Below are positions 23,732 to 35,643 of a stretch of DNA of 64,000 nt, piece by piece. The position numbers were made by a program, and so were the translations under genes. The stretch comes from Azolla caroliniana (taxonomy: Eukaryota; Plantae; Polypodiophyta). Within the stretch, counting starts at the first letter, position 1; each line of letters opens with the position of its first letter. The notes beneath the pieces are model-generated. The model saw nothing but the letters and a program-made list of their open reading frames with translations, had not been told where the DNA came from and ran no database searches. Location: the NCBI GenBank assembly GCA_043228905.1, contig JBHGNT010000008.1, forward strand, positions 6,200,001 through 6,264,000, given 5' to 3'.

Positions 23732-26700
23732 GTCCAGCCAAAATAGGAGCCGTTTGGTTGGACAACAGCCCTAGATCTGTACAACCCATTAGTGGTTCCA
23801 TTCCTTCCAAGCAAGTTAGCAATGTGTTCCTAGCCCAAGTCATTGTTAGTACTAAAAGTACTCCCCCAGTACCCGTCCTAGCACTTTTAGATTCCGGAGC
23901 TAATTCCTGTTTCATGGATCGAAATTTTGCCCAAGCTTCTCAGATATCCTTAAGAAAACTTCCTTGTCCCGCATCTGTAGTAGTCATTGATGGTCGTCCC
24001 ATTGCTTCCGGGAATATTGTAGAAGAATTAGAACCCATTCAAGTTGTCCTAGGTAGTTTTGTGTGTGTAATATCATTTAATATAATTAGTAGTCCAGAGC
24101 ATCCCATTGTCCTAGGATTACCTTGGTTTGAATTACATAATCCAGCCATAGATTGGAGAACAAGAGAAGTCCGATATCGACCACCCCAAGAATCAACTCA
24201 CCAAGTTTCGACCATTTCACTCCATCAACTACGCGAAGAAGGACCCAAGGAGGCAATGTTCCTATTTGCAATATCAGTACATCCTTCCAGCACTATTAAG
24301 AAGGACTCCTCAGTACAACTTCCAGCAAAATATCATCCTTATGCCGATGTATTTGACAAGGTAAAAGCCGGTACCCTTCCTCATCACCGTCCCTATGATT
24401 GTCCCATCGATTTACAACCAGGAGCCGAGCCACCATGGGGACCAATTTACAACTTGTCACCCACCGAGTTAGAAGTCCTTCGAGCCTACATAGAGGAGAA
24501 CTTGGCAAGCGGGTTATTTGAGTTAGAAATCTCCGGCCGGTGCACCCATCTTCTTTGTCAAGAAGAAAGATGGCTCACTTCGTCTTGTCAAGTTTTTTAC
24601 CAAAATCGACCTATGAGGAGCGTATAATCTCGTGCGGATCCGACCGGGAGATGAGTGGAAGACCGCCTTTCGCACGCGGTATGGGCATTTCGAGTATATT
24701 GTTATGCCGTTTGGCCTAACCAATGCACCCGCAGTCTTCCAACACATGGCAAATGATATATTCAGAGACCTCTTGGATATCTGTTTGATCATTTATCTGG
24801 ATGATCTGTTGATTTATTCGAAGACCCAGGAAGAGCACGATTCTCATGTACTATTAGTACTAAAGCGACTCCGCGAGAATGGTCTTTATGCCAAGCTAGA
24901 AAAATGTAGCTTTGACTGCAAGCAAGTGGAATTTCTAGGCTACGTCATCTCCTCAAAGGGCATCACCATGGATCCAGCTAAAATCCAAAGTGTACTCGAT
25001 TGGCAAATTCCACGGTCGGTACGAGATGTACAATGTTTTCTAGGTTTTGCTAACTTCTACCGTAAGTTTATACAGGATTATTCGAAGATTATTTTACCTC
25101 TCACACAACTTACGAAGAAGGGCCAAGCATTTCTTTGGTCCATAGAAGCAGATATGGCTTTTCGGCATCTTAAGAAAGCCTTTACATCAGCACCGATTCT
25201 AGCTCATGTGGATACAAGCAAACCATTCATCATGGAGGCCGACGCATCAGATTTCACCCTCGGTAGCATCCTTTCTCAACAAGGCGATAAAGAAGAGTTG
25301 CATCCGGTGGCTTTCCATTCGCGCAAATTCGATGTCGCAGAAATCAACTACGAAATACATGACAAGGAGTTATTAGCCATCGTGGATTCATTTGTACAAT
25401 GGCGGCATTTCTTGGAGGGCTCTCCACATCAGGTCATTGTCTTTAGCGATCATAAAAATCTTGCTTATTTTCAGAACGCTCGTGTACTAAATCGACGGCA
25501 AGCTCGGTGGGCGCAATTCCTCACGCGTTTCGACTTCAAAATCACATATCGACCGGGGAAGCAGCAAGGAAAAGCAGATGCACTATCACGGCGTTCATAT
25601 CTTGCACCTCGTCCTGGTGACACAACATTTGATAATCAAAAGCAAGTAATCTTGGGACCAACTCGATTGCACACGACGCGGATTTTTCACACCCCGATGG
25701 ATTCACGGATTACCGATGACATACGTGCAACCTTGAAGACGGATAGTTTTGCTCAAGACATCCTGGCGCACATTGATACTTCCCGGGCATCCTGTTCTTA
25801 GTCTCAACAACTAGGTATTGACTACCAACAATTCGAATATCATGATGGTTTGTTATTCTTTAAAAAGCGCGTATATGTCCCCGATTGCTCCTGTCGCCTT
25901 CAAATCGTCCAACATTGTCATGACACCCATACGGCGGGACATTTCGGTAGTACTAAGACGTTGGAGCTAGTGCAGCGATCTTTTTGGTGGCCCCACATGC
26001 GCCGTTTTGTCGACGACTACGTTCAGACCTGTGATGCTTGCTGCCGAGCAAAGATGCCACGACACCATCCATATGGCTTGTTGGAACCTTTACCGATTCC
26101 AAGTAAGCCATGGCAGTCTATTTGTCTTGATTTTATCATAGATCTGCCGGTCTCGAAGGGGTTCGATGCTATCCTAACCGTCATCGATCGATATACGAAG
26201 ATGGCACATTTTTTGCCATGTACTAAAGCCATCACTAGCGAGGAAACCGTCGTTCTTGTTATGCGTGAGGTATTTCGGCATCATGGCCTCCCAGACAGTA
26301 TTATCAGTGACCAAGGCCCGCAATTTGTCTCCAAACTTTGGCAGCATCTCTTCAAGATGCTCAAGGTCTCCTGCAACCGCTCCTCTGGCTACCATCCTCA
26401 GACCGACGGACAGGTGGAACTAACAAACCAAACGTTGGAGCAATATCTCCGGTGTTTCCTGAGTTATCAACAGGACGATTGGGCCGAGATTCTCCACTTT
26501 GCGGAGTTTGCGTATAATAATGCTATTCACTCCTCGGCTCGGGTCTCCCCATTTTTCGCTTATACCGGTTTCCATCCTCGCTGGTCGGTGATCGACACTC
26601 CAGAGCTACCTACCAACCCTCGTGCCGAGGATCATTTGGAGAGGCTACGCAAGATCTAGATGGATCTCTCTACTCATCTTCGTCATGCTCAACACACACA

Positions 26701-27181
26701 GAAGACTTATGTGGATCGTCATCAGATTCCCTCCTCTTTTGCCATAGGAGATCGAGTATGGCTCTTACGTCGTCACATCAAGACTACTCGACCGTGCGAC
26801 AAGTTGGATTATCGACGACTCGGTCCTTTCCGTATTACGGGGAAGATTAATGATGTCACCTTCTGCCGTGATCTCCCTCCGCAGCTTTAGATACATCCGG
26901 TTTTCCATTGTTCTCTTCTTGAACCTTATAAAGCAAACACCATTCCCGATCGTGTGACACCACCGCAGCCCCCGCTGGAGTTGGACGCCGGCCCGGAGTA
27001 TGAAGTTGCTGCCATCCTCGATTCCAAACTTGTTTGCAACAAACTTTATTATTTGGTCAATTGGCTCGGTTATAGTCCGAGCGAACGTACTTGGGAACTC
27101 GTCGAGCATGTTGCCAATGCACAAGATCTTCTTGCTGATGATTTCCACCGAAAGTATCCGGACAAACCCGGTCCGCAATGA
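23719..27181 (+). pseudogene. Gypsy-B1 pol (PR-RT-RH-INT-chromodomain), -1 frame to gag
   Basis: ORFs 23728-24627, 24632-25801, 25850-26659, 26660-26890 and 26954-27181 (EYEVAAILDSK..YYLVNWLGY..TWE); short RT deletion near 24588. Confidence 0.92.
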
Positions 27182-27230
27182 GCGCCGACTCGTTCCACTC
27201 GTCGTCTATAAGGGGGAGATAGTGTCATGA

Positions 27231-27295
27231 TATGGCAAGACTCGAACCCATGACCTTATGCTACATGGGTTGAGCTCTTACCATTAGACTATGAA
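27231..27295 (-). promoter_or_regulatory. tRNA-like Pol III A/B-box cassette in the Gypsy-B LTR (also 22093-22146 and 62427-62481)
   Basis: Minus strand: A box TAGTCTAATGG (27291-27281); B box GGTTCGAGTCT (27248-27238). Confidence 0.7.
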
Positions 27296-30200
27296 TTGTA
27301 TTTTGTAGGATATTATTTTCATTTATGCTTTATCATAGAAAATTGATGTATATTCCAGATCTCTCTAGAACATTCTAGAAGCTTCAGGATTATTCCTAAA
27401 AACACTATAAAAGGAGGCACAAGGCATTGTTTTGAACCAAATTGGTTCAACACCAGTCTTAAGCCTCTTAGCCGATTTGTACTTATCTTTCATATAATAT
27501 AAGAGCTGCTGTCATCATCCTATTTCTCTCTCTCTCTCCTCTTCTCACTTCCTCTCTCTCGGGAATCTTACGTAGTCCCTTCCTCTTAGTACTAATAGTA
27601 CTACTCTTCTTAGTACTAATTCCATCTCTGCTTTAGTACTATTCCTGACAGGGGAAAGGAAAAAAATTTCCGGCATTCAAACTCACTTCGGACATCGAGC
27701 AATGAACAGACTTAAAAAAGGTGTTCGAGGAGAGAATCCTCGATAGCTGGGTAAATTTTTCGCTTTGGGAATTACTCGGAATAGCGAAGGAGTTCCACGA
27801 TCTTCTTGTGGATCTCGTGAAGAGAAAAAGACAAAATACGGAGGAAAATGCTCCAAGGGTGAATGCAAATACCGTTCTAATGAATGACACCGAAGTGGAG
27901 GATGAAATTCCGAACTCCCACTACACAAGGCCACATTGGGCACGCGCAACTATGGAGACTCTGGTCCGAATCGGAAAAATCAAGGAGCCTGCACTAGCAT
28001 TGATAGATCACGGATCAAAGATCAATTTGATGTCCAAGGAGTTCTACCGAAAGGGGAAGTGGCCTATTAACACTAGTCATGGATAGAAGATCCGGGCAAC
28101 CACTAAAACAACAAAAGATTTATTTGCGGCTTGTCCGGATGTGATGGTGAAGATCAGAGATGTGGAGATTGACCAAAATTTCTTTGTGCAAGATGAGGTC
28201 TCACAGTCCGTGATCCTCAGACAAAACTTTATCACGACTTCATGGATGGAGACAAAGGTGCTCGATAGTGGAACGGCTTTTGCATGAATTCGGAGCCAAA
28301 ATGGAGGGAAAACCATCCAATTCCTAACCGTGCCATCAAATCACGAAAGGAACAAGAGAGATCTCTTGTCCCAAACAAAAATGGATTTTTAAAGCAAACT
28401 GTTGTAGAGTGGGGAAGTGATAGTCTGAGAAGCCCTGATACCCCACACAGGAAGAAACCTCTCGGAGCAAAATAAGTACGAATCGGTTCGGATGGGGCAT
28501 CTACATACACGGCCGTAACCGGAGTAATGAAGAAAGAATTCCGAAAGGTGCAAGATGAGTTACAGTCTGCATCAATAATAAAAGAAGACGAAGAAATCGT
28601 GGGAGTAGTCGAAGAAGTGTTCTATGGGAGCACGCTACAACGGCTTGAAGAAACTTCACAGATGAGACCCGGAAGAAACTTCGGATCGGTGGAGGTGGGT
28701 TCCTTTCACAAAACGAAGAAGAACAGTTTTGTGAGATGTTGGAGCAGCATGGAAGAGCGTTTGCATTCACATCGAAAGAGATAGGGTGTGCTGACCCGAG
28801 CCGATGGTGATCTTCACGATTGATCATGTGCCGTGGAACCTAAAGCCAATTCCGGTGCCACGGGCGCATATTCCAAAAATCATTGACTTGCTCAAGGAGA
28901 AGGTGGTGATGGGGATTCTAGAGCCATCAAACGCTCCGTACTCAAATCGATGGTTTACGATTCCGAAGAAGAATGGGTCACTCTGATTTATTCAAGATTT
29001 GCAACCGGTGAACAAGGTCACGATCCTAGATGACATTCCGATAAAAGGATGTGTGGTGGAAGAAAAAGATGAGACTATGGATGATCGGGGATGCCGAAAG
29101 TTCGTAGTCAACCATATTCGTGATTGCGAGAAAGTGTTACGGAAGTTAGAAGATGTGCACCTAACGCTCTTCGAGAGAAGTTGGCATTCAAACAAGAAGA
29201 AATATTGGTAGTCAGACATCTATGTGGACCCTACGGCTGAAGACCGTTGCCGGTCAAGATCGATGCGATTCAAGTTATGAAAGAAATATGCATGTCACAA
29301 TCCGAAGGCTGTAGATTTCTTGGGGCATGTGCATTCTATCACATATGGATTCCACACTATGCACACATTGCGGACCCACTCTATCACTTGTTGCAGAAGG
29401 GGAAGAAGTTCGAATGGAGACCGGAACATACCAAAGCCGTGAAGAAGCTCAAGAAATCACTACAGAGGGTAGAAGCACTTAGGAAGCTGAACTATGACCG
29501 ACCGATTATAGTAACGGTTGATACAAGCCCAACTGGGATCGAATGGGTCATCAATCAAGCCGATTCGGATGGTTCATGATATCCGATCCAATTCGGAGCA
29601 AAGGTTCTCAATGAAAGGCAACGCGGATATGCACAAGTTAAAAGAGAATTATGGGCAGTCGTGTCAGTGATAAAATCAGATCGAGATTACTTGATTGGAG
29701 CCGAAGTGGTGATTGAAACAGATTGTCTTCCGATACTTGGGATGATACGGTGTTGCACGATACCAGATGTGGCTATGCTAAGATGGATTGCATATGTAAA
29801 GTCACTCAATCCGGAGATACGACACATCTCTGAAAAAGACAACGCGGTAGTGGATATGCTATCAAGGGCACGGTTCGGAGACGACATAGCCGAATTCGAT
29901 AATGAAGAAATTTCCAAAAACTACTTTACTTCGGAGCACATATGCCGAGTGAACGTAATCCGAGAATTCCGGGAAGAAGAATATGAGGGAGAAAGCTTGT
30001 TGATCGGGAAAGTGCTACAAGAAATCGAGGAATCATCGGACAATAAAGAAAAGGGAGTTGTGATCCGAAGTAAGAAGTGGCAAGTCCAGAAGTTTTTCTT
30101 GAACAATGGATTAATCTGGAGGGAGCCGAAAAGACCGAATGGTATACCACTACGGGTAGTCGGAACAAAAGAGCAACAAAACCGGATAATGTCCGAATTT

Positions 30201-31399
30201 CACGAATCCGATTGGGCTGGACATCGGGGAACATGGGCAACATTTGCGCAGATCAAACAAAAATATTGGTGGAAGAATATGTACAAAGATGTAGCGGAGT
30301 TCACAGAAAGCTGTGAGAAATGTCAAATCTACTCCGGAGTTCGACACCGAGATGAATTACATCCGACATTATCAACCGACAATCAACTTCAAATGGATGG
30401 TCGACATTGTGGCCATGCCAACCGGGATCAGACAAAAGAAGTACTTGGTGTTAGCCTGGGAAGATCTAACAAACCAAGTAGAAGGACGGGCACTACGGAG
30501 GAAAACATGTTCCGCGGTATGCCAATTTCTCTTGGTAGAAGTGTTCTGCAGGTACAAGTGCGTCAGACAAGTAATTGCGAATCAAGGAGAACTTGACACT
30601 AATAAAGCTAGGGAATTCTTTGTCAGACATGGAGTACGGTTAACACTAACCACGACATACAATCTGGAAGCCAACGGGAAGGTCGAACAAGGACATAGTC
30701 CAATCGTCAAAGCACTTGCAAAAGCATGCGACGGAAGGGTGAAGGATTGGCCGCAGATGCTTCCGAATGCACAATGTGGGCGGATCGCACGACGCATAGT
30801 TCCGTGACCGGTTATATGCTAGCCGAACTTATGAACGGACAAGCACTGGTAATGCCGATGGAAACCGCGATTACAACATGGATAGTGCTATCGTGGAAGG
30901 AAGAAATGAGCCGGGAAGATCTACTAGCGGTCCGGATACGACAACTAGAGGGAAGACTAGAAGACATAGTGGAAGCAACACGTTGACTACAGGAAGCGCG
31001 ATTCTGGAACAAAGGTCGATTTGACACAAAGCATCGACTACGACCACAAAAGATTGAAGGAGATTGGGTGATCATCTATGACAGTAGTTTGGATCATCAA
31101 CATACAACGATACAGAAGTTTGCTAAAAGGTGGTTCGGGCCATACAAGGTTCGGAAAGTTTCCGACAACGGAACTTACCGACTATGTGAGTTGGATGGAA
31201 CAGTACTACGGGTGCCTATAGTGGGGAAACATGTGAAGATTTTCAAGAAGCGGATTGACGACGAACCTTATGTAATCTTAGAGAGGACTGACAACGAGGA
31301 GAAATCGGACAAAGATAGCGGTGATGCGGAAAGCGAAGAAAGTGGACTACAATTGATAATCGACATAAGGGGAGAATTGAGAGTGCTACGGATGAAGGT

Positions 31400-31905
31400 G
31401 AATAACAAGCATCGGGAACTTCGGCACATATCAGAGGATGTGCGGGTTCGGAGGGGGCGAGTGTCGTAGTGTAATTCGCACACTACATGAAATGTGTTAA
31501 AAATATATCCGATTGTAGTACGCATAAATAAATAAAAGAAAATATTTAAAATATTGTTACATATCCGTAGGCGAATAACAAGCATCGGGAACTTTGGCAC
31601 ATACCGGAGGATGTGCGGGTTCGGAGGGGGCGAGTGTTGTAGTGTAATTCGCACACTACGTGAAATATGTTAAAAATATATCCGATTGTAGTACGCATAA
31701 ATAAATAAAAGAAAATATTAAAAATATTGTTACATATCCGTAGGCGAATAACAAGCATCGGGAACTTCGGCACATACTGGAGGATGTGCGAGTTCGGAGG
31801 GGGCGAGTGTCGTAGTGTAATTCGTACACTACGTGAAATATGTTAAAAATATATCCGATTGTAGTACGCATAAATAAATAAAAGAATATTAAAAATATTG
31901 TTACA
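31400..31905 (+). repeat. 173-bp tandem triplication spanning the 3'UTR-PPT-LTR start of Gypsy-A
   Basis: PPT/LTR junctions at 31462, 31635 and 31808, exactly 173 bp apart. Confidence 0.92.
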
Positions 31906-32795
31906 TGCATAGGGCAAGATTCAAATCCTGTACCTCCATGTTAACGATTTTAACCCTTACCACTGTACTAGCATATTATGAGTTTTAATATTATACTAAA
32001 CTTTATCCCATGTAAATATTCTAGATAAGCATGATAGAAAAAGTTATTCATGCATACACACTCGAGTTAAAAGAAAAGATGTGATAGATAGCTAATCATG
32101 CACATGTAGTGTGCATGAAAACTAAAGTTACAAAAAGCATGATTCTTGCATGTGATAAACTTAGACTCTTCCATCACTATATAAGGAAGAGAGAAAGATG
32201 TATATGGTTGTTGATTTTTTATAAGGGTTGATTAATACAAAATATTCGTGGGATTCACGAATTTGCCATCTAATTCTCTCTTACAATCGAAGTATCAATT
32301 AATACACTATACTCGTGGGATTCACAAGTTTCATATCTCCATCTTGCAATCTTTGCTTAACTAACATTATCTCATATTCTTCTTTCTCCTAGTCCAAAAT
32401 CCCAGCGGTTCCCACCCGACTCACGCAAACGATCCGGCGCTGAAAGGCACGACAACGTATAGGATCAGATAAATCCTAGAATCGTCGGCTAGTTGCTGAA
32501 TGTACATACATGGGTCAGAGTCAAATTGGCGGTATACAAGTTTCTTGATGTAGGAGTCAAACTTCTGGTACCATATCCTCAACGCTTGTTTCAAGCTATA
32601 TAGACTTTTCTTTAACCGACATATGAGGTGACAGTCCTCCCCCGTCACCGTGAAGCCTGCTGGTTGAGACATATAGATGTGGATTTGTATACTTTACAAC
32701 ATTAGGTTATTGCTTATATACTAAGCCTCAACTATGTGGACGAGTTCACACTAGGACAGATACAAATTGGAAGGAGTCGATCTTTTATGCCAACA

Positions 32796-33049
32796 AAATC
32801 TACTTGGAAAGAGTTTGAGAATGTCCAAAAACATTTTCTTACAAAGTTCCTGGAAGTTAAGAAACAAATGCCATACACCCTCTTCCTTGAGACAGGATCC
32901 TTCCCATTGAGATCAGGGCCATGGAAAGGGTTGTCGAATACATGCTTAAGGTCCAAAAAAAGTCTCTCACATCAAAGTTTTAGAATTGCAGAGCAAGCAA
33001 GGAAAAAGATCCAAAAGACGCATAAAAGCAAAATTTTGTGTTCTAGTTG
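32796..33049 (+). mobile_element. LINE RT C-terminal relic, right part
   Basis: KSTWKEFENVQKHFLTKFLEVKKQMPYTLFLETGSFP/IEIRAMERVVEYMLKV.. resembles the post-RT region of non-LTR retrotransposons. Confidence 0.65.
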
Positions 33050-35643
33050 TGTTGAGCGAACAAGCTCAACCGGATTTGGATTGGCTGAATAACCCAGATC
33101 CGAATCGGAGTTCGGATCAAAGAACCGGATTGGTGTCCGAAACCAGGAGCCGGATCATAATCCGGATCAATATAAACTAGTAGGCCGTTTGAGGCCTACG
33201 AATCTAGCCTAGTACGTAAGCATATGGGAGTCTGTGTTAGTCCCTCGTATGAGCATTGAAGTACATGTCAATACTTCGGTCAGACCTTTGAAGGACTTGT
33301 ATAAAAAGTGTTCTATAGGACATCGTATGTATAGAATATTATTATTTTGAATTGAGTTTACTGTTCTTCTCTCTATGCCTTTCCCGCGTACTCTCTGTGT
33401 GTGACTAAGCTTTCCATTAAACCTGTGCATATTCTCTGTTGCTATACAGTGAAGCCTGTTTCATTTACAAGCTTCCACACGCTACTTTTCACATGGTATT
33501 AGAGGGCGAGTGTGAAAAACCTCTGCTGTTGACAAGCCATTTCCATAGACGAACCCTAACTTCCGAAAAAACACAGACCGAAAAGAAAAGAAATGGACAG
33601 AGGTATGGAAAGCACCGAGAAAAGTACTATGGCAAGAAAGAACATAGAGAGAGAGAGTGCTGGAGGAAGCACGCCGATTTGGATAAATCCGGATCGGCAA
33701 GGCTGGACAAGGGAATCGGCAAAGCTTGCAGTATGCCAAAGAATCAGAAGGATCGGAAACCGAAAAGAGCTGAAAAGGGCCAACCTTTGTGATGAAAATA
33801 AGGTGAACTCGATGAAGAAGACCACTTCCGGATCGTAGGAAGTGTGGTATGTTGATTCTGGAGTATCTAACCACATGACGAGCCATAGCAACCAGGAGAA
33901 ACTGGGAGTTGTTGAAACTAGAGACGACACTCCTCACCCGATTGTGCATGTCGGAGAAGTCCCCTTGAGTCATGTCAAACAAAAAGGGAAGGTTCTGATC
34001 GTGCTTCATGTCCCGACAATCAAAAGAACCCGGTGTCGGTCGGGCAGATTGTCGACCAGGGGATGCAGGTGCGGTTTACACACCTCGGGTGCTTCATTGA
34101 GGAAGAGGGCCAGATCATCGCACAAGGGCACTAGGACGGAAGGATGTTCATCCTCGACACCAATGACGTTGGCACTGCTCTATTCGCCAAAGGACAAAAA
34201 GTCGAGTCAGAGATCGACTTATGGCACAAGAGAATACGCCACGTAAACTATCAAAGGCTTCCAGATTTGCAATCGAAACATGTGGTTTTCAAATTGCCAA
34301 AATTTAGTGGCCGGAAGGCCCAAATATGTGAAGCCTGCCAGCTTGGGAAACAACACCGACTTCCATTCTCCACCAAATGAAACCGCAAACATAACAAGCT
34401 CGAATTGATACATTCGCATGTATGGGGACTGATACAAAACGTTAGTCTTGGGGGGCAACCGATATTTCGTCTCCTTCATCGATGACTACTGCTGGCACAT
34501 GTGAATCTATCTCATTGAGAAGAAAAACAAAGTCTTCGACTGTTTTCCGAACATGCAAAGTCTTATCAAATAGGAAACGGAGCAAAAGATCAAGTGCCTA
34601 TAGTTGGATGGCGGAAAAGAGTATTTTTCTAGCCAATACAACAACTATCTTCAACATAAAGGAATTCGGAGGGAATTCAGATGCTGATATACATCGGAGC
34701 AAAACAACGTTGCCAAGAGGAAGAACCGATCGATTGTGGAGGCGGCAAGGGTGATGCTTGAAGAGAAGAGCATGCCCAAGTTCTATTGGGCCAAAGCGGT
34801 TCGGACGACTGTGTACATTTAAAACCGAATTGGGGATAAGGTGTCACCACACGAGCTATATTTCGGGCGTATGCCGAATCTACCGACTCAGACCCCTGAC
34901 TCAGATCCGATTCTGGAAGATGAGACCAGTGAGCTCGAATCGATCTGGGCAGAAGAAGAAGAAGGATTCGTTACTCTAGATGAGAGCCCAATCTCATTTC
35001 GGCTAAGTGGGCTGAACGAGCGACTGAGTCGGAATGACCAGTCAAATGAAGACCCGTGCTCTCCCTGTGCAAGGTGTTAGGAAACAGGTCCCTCCGGATG
35101 GGAAGTGAGAAGGCCTCAGCCGAAACCGGATGTGGGAGACCCGGCTACGGAAGACCCTTTTACCGGCCGGCAAAGGAGTCCGGAGTGGGAAACGGAGAGC
35201 TAATTAAGTAGTAGGAATGTGGTTGTAATTAAGCTATGAGTGTGGACGGACGAACCGGAATCGGTATGCCGTTCCGGATCCGGACCGATCCCGAACAGGT
35301 GCGGATGGCACCGTTTTGTAATACAGACCAGAAACCTATTTAAAGGCCCGGATACAATGTAATAGTTAGCGGTTAATTAATGAAAGCTTAAGCGTTGTTA
35401 TATCTCTGTGTTAATTGCCGTTCTGTCTTAATTGTTATATCTTACGCGTGTTATGAAGACGATCCTAATAAGTAACTTGATTAAGTCGGATTAAGCGTTG
35501 AAGTCTAATCCGGTTGCCGTAACACCCTTTGGTGAAGTGTCTCCCGTAGACACCCTGTGTTAGGCCATTGTCCGGCCCGAAGAGTTAACACAGTTTTTGG
35601 CGACCACGATTCCTGTTTTTGTAGTGAACGACAACACGGATGG

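Larger units (their letters stand above)
22078..27650 (+). mobile_element. Gypsy-B1: chromovirus (Tcn1-like) LTR retrotransposon
   Basis: LTRs 22078-22503 and 27223-27650; imperfect TSD GGGAG/GGGGA; PPT AAGGGGGAGATAG; gag with [14 protein letters not shown]; LLDSGA; YLDDLL; integrase; C-terminal chromodomain. Confidence 0.96.
20038..32454 (+). mobile_element. Gypsy-A: non-chromovirus Ty3/gypsy element (Phygy-like), decayed, host of Gypsy-B1
   Basis: LTRs 20038-20735 and 31808-32454; 4-bp TSD AAGT/ACGT; PBS TGGTGAACCTGACGTGA at 20740-20756; PPT GGAGGGGGCGAG; gag 20775-22077 with CIWCDSTEHDRRDC; PR LIDHGSKINL; RT with core deletion (VNKVTI|LDDIPIKG); RH and INT to ~31460. Confidence 0.93.
18577..32795 (-). 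mobile_element. Copia-3: internally deleted Ty1/copia element (family 3), host of Gypsy-A
   Basis: 3' LTR 18577-18875; truncated 5' LTR 32678-32795; TSD AAATC at 18572-18576 and 32796-32800; RT/RH fragments at 19041-20037 and 32455-32677, with LILYV|DDMLI split by Gypsy-A. Confidence 0.9.

Noticed and set aside
35158-35162. 5' LTRs of Gypsy-A and Gypsy-C both start TT instead of TG
   Set aside because: Two cases only; compatible with independent point mutations or sequence error.
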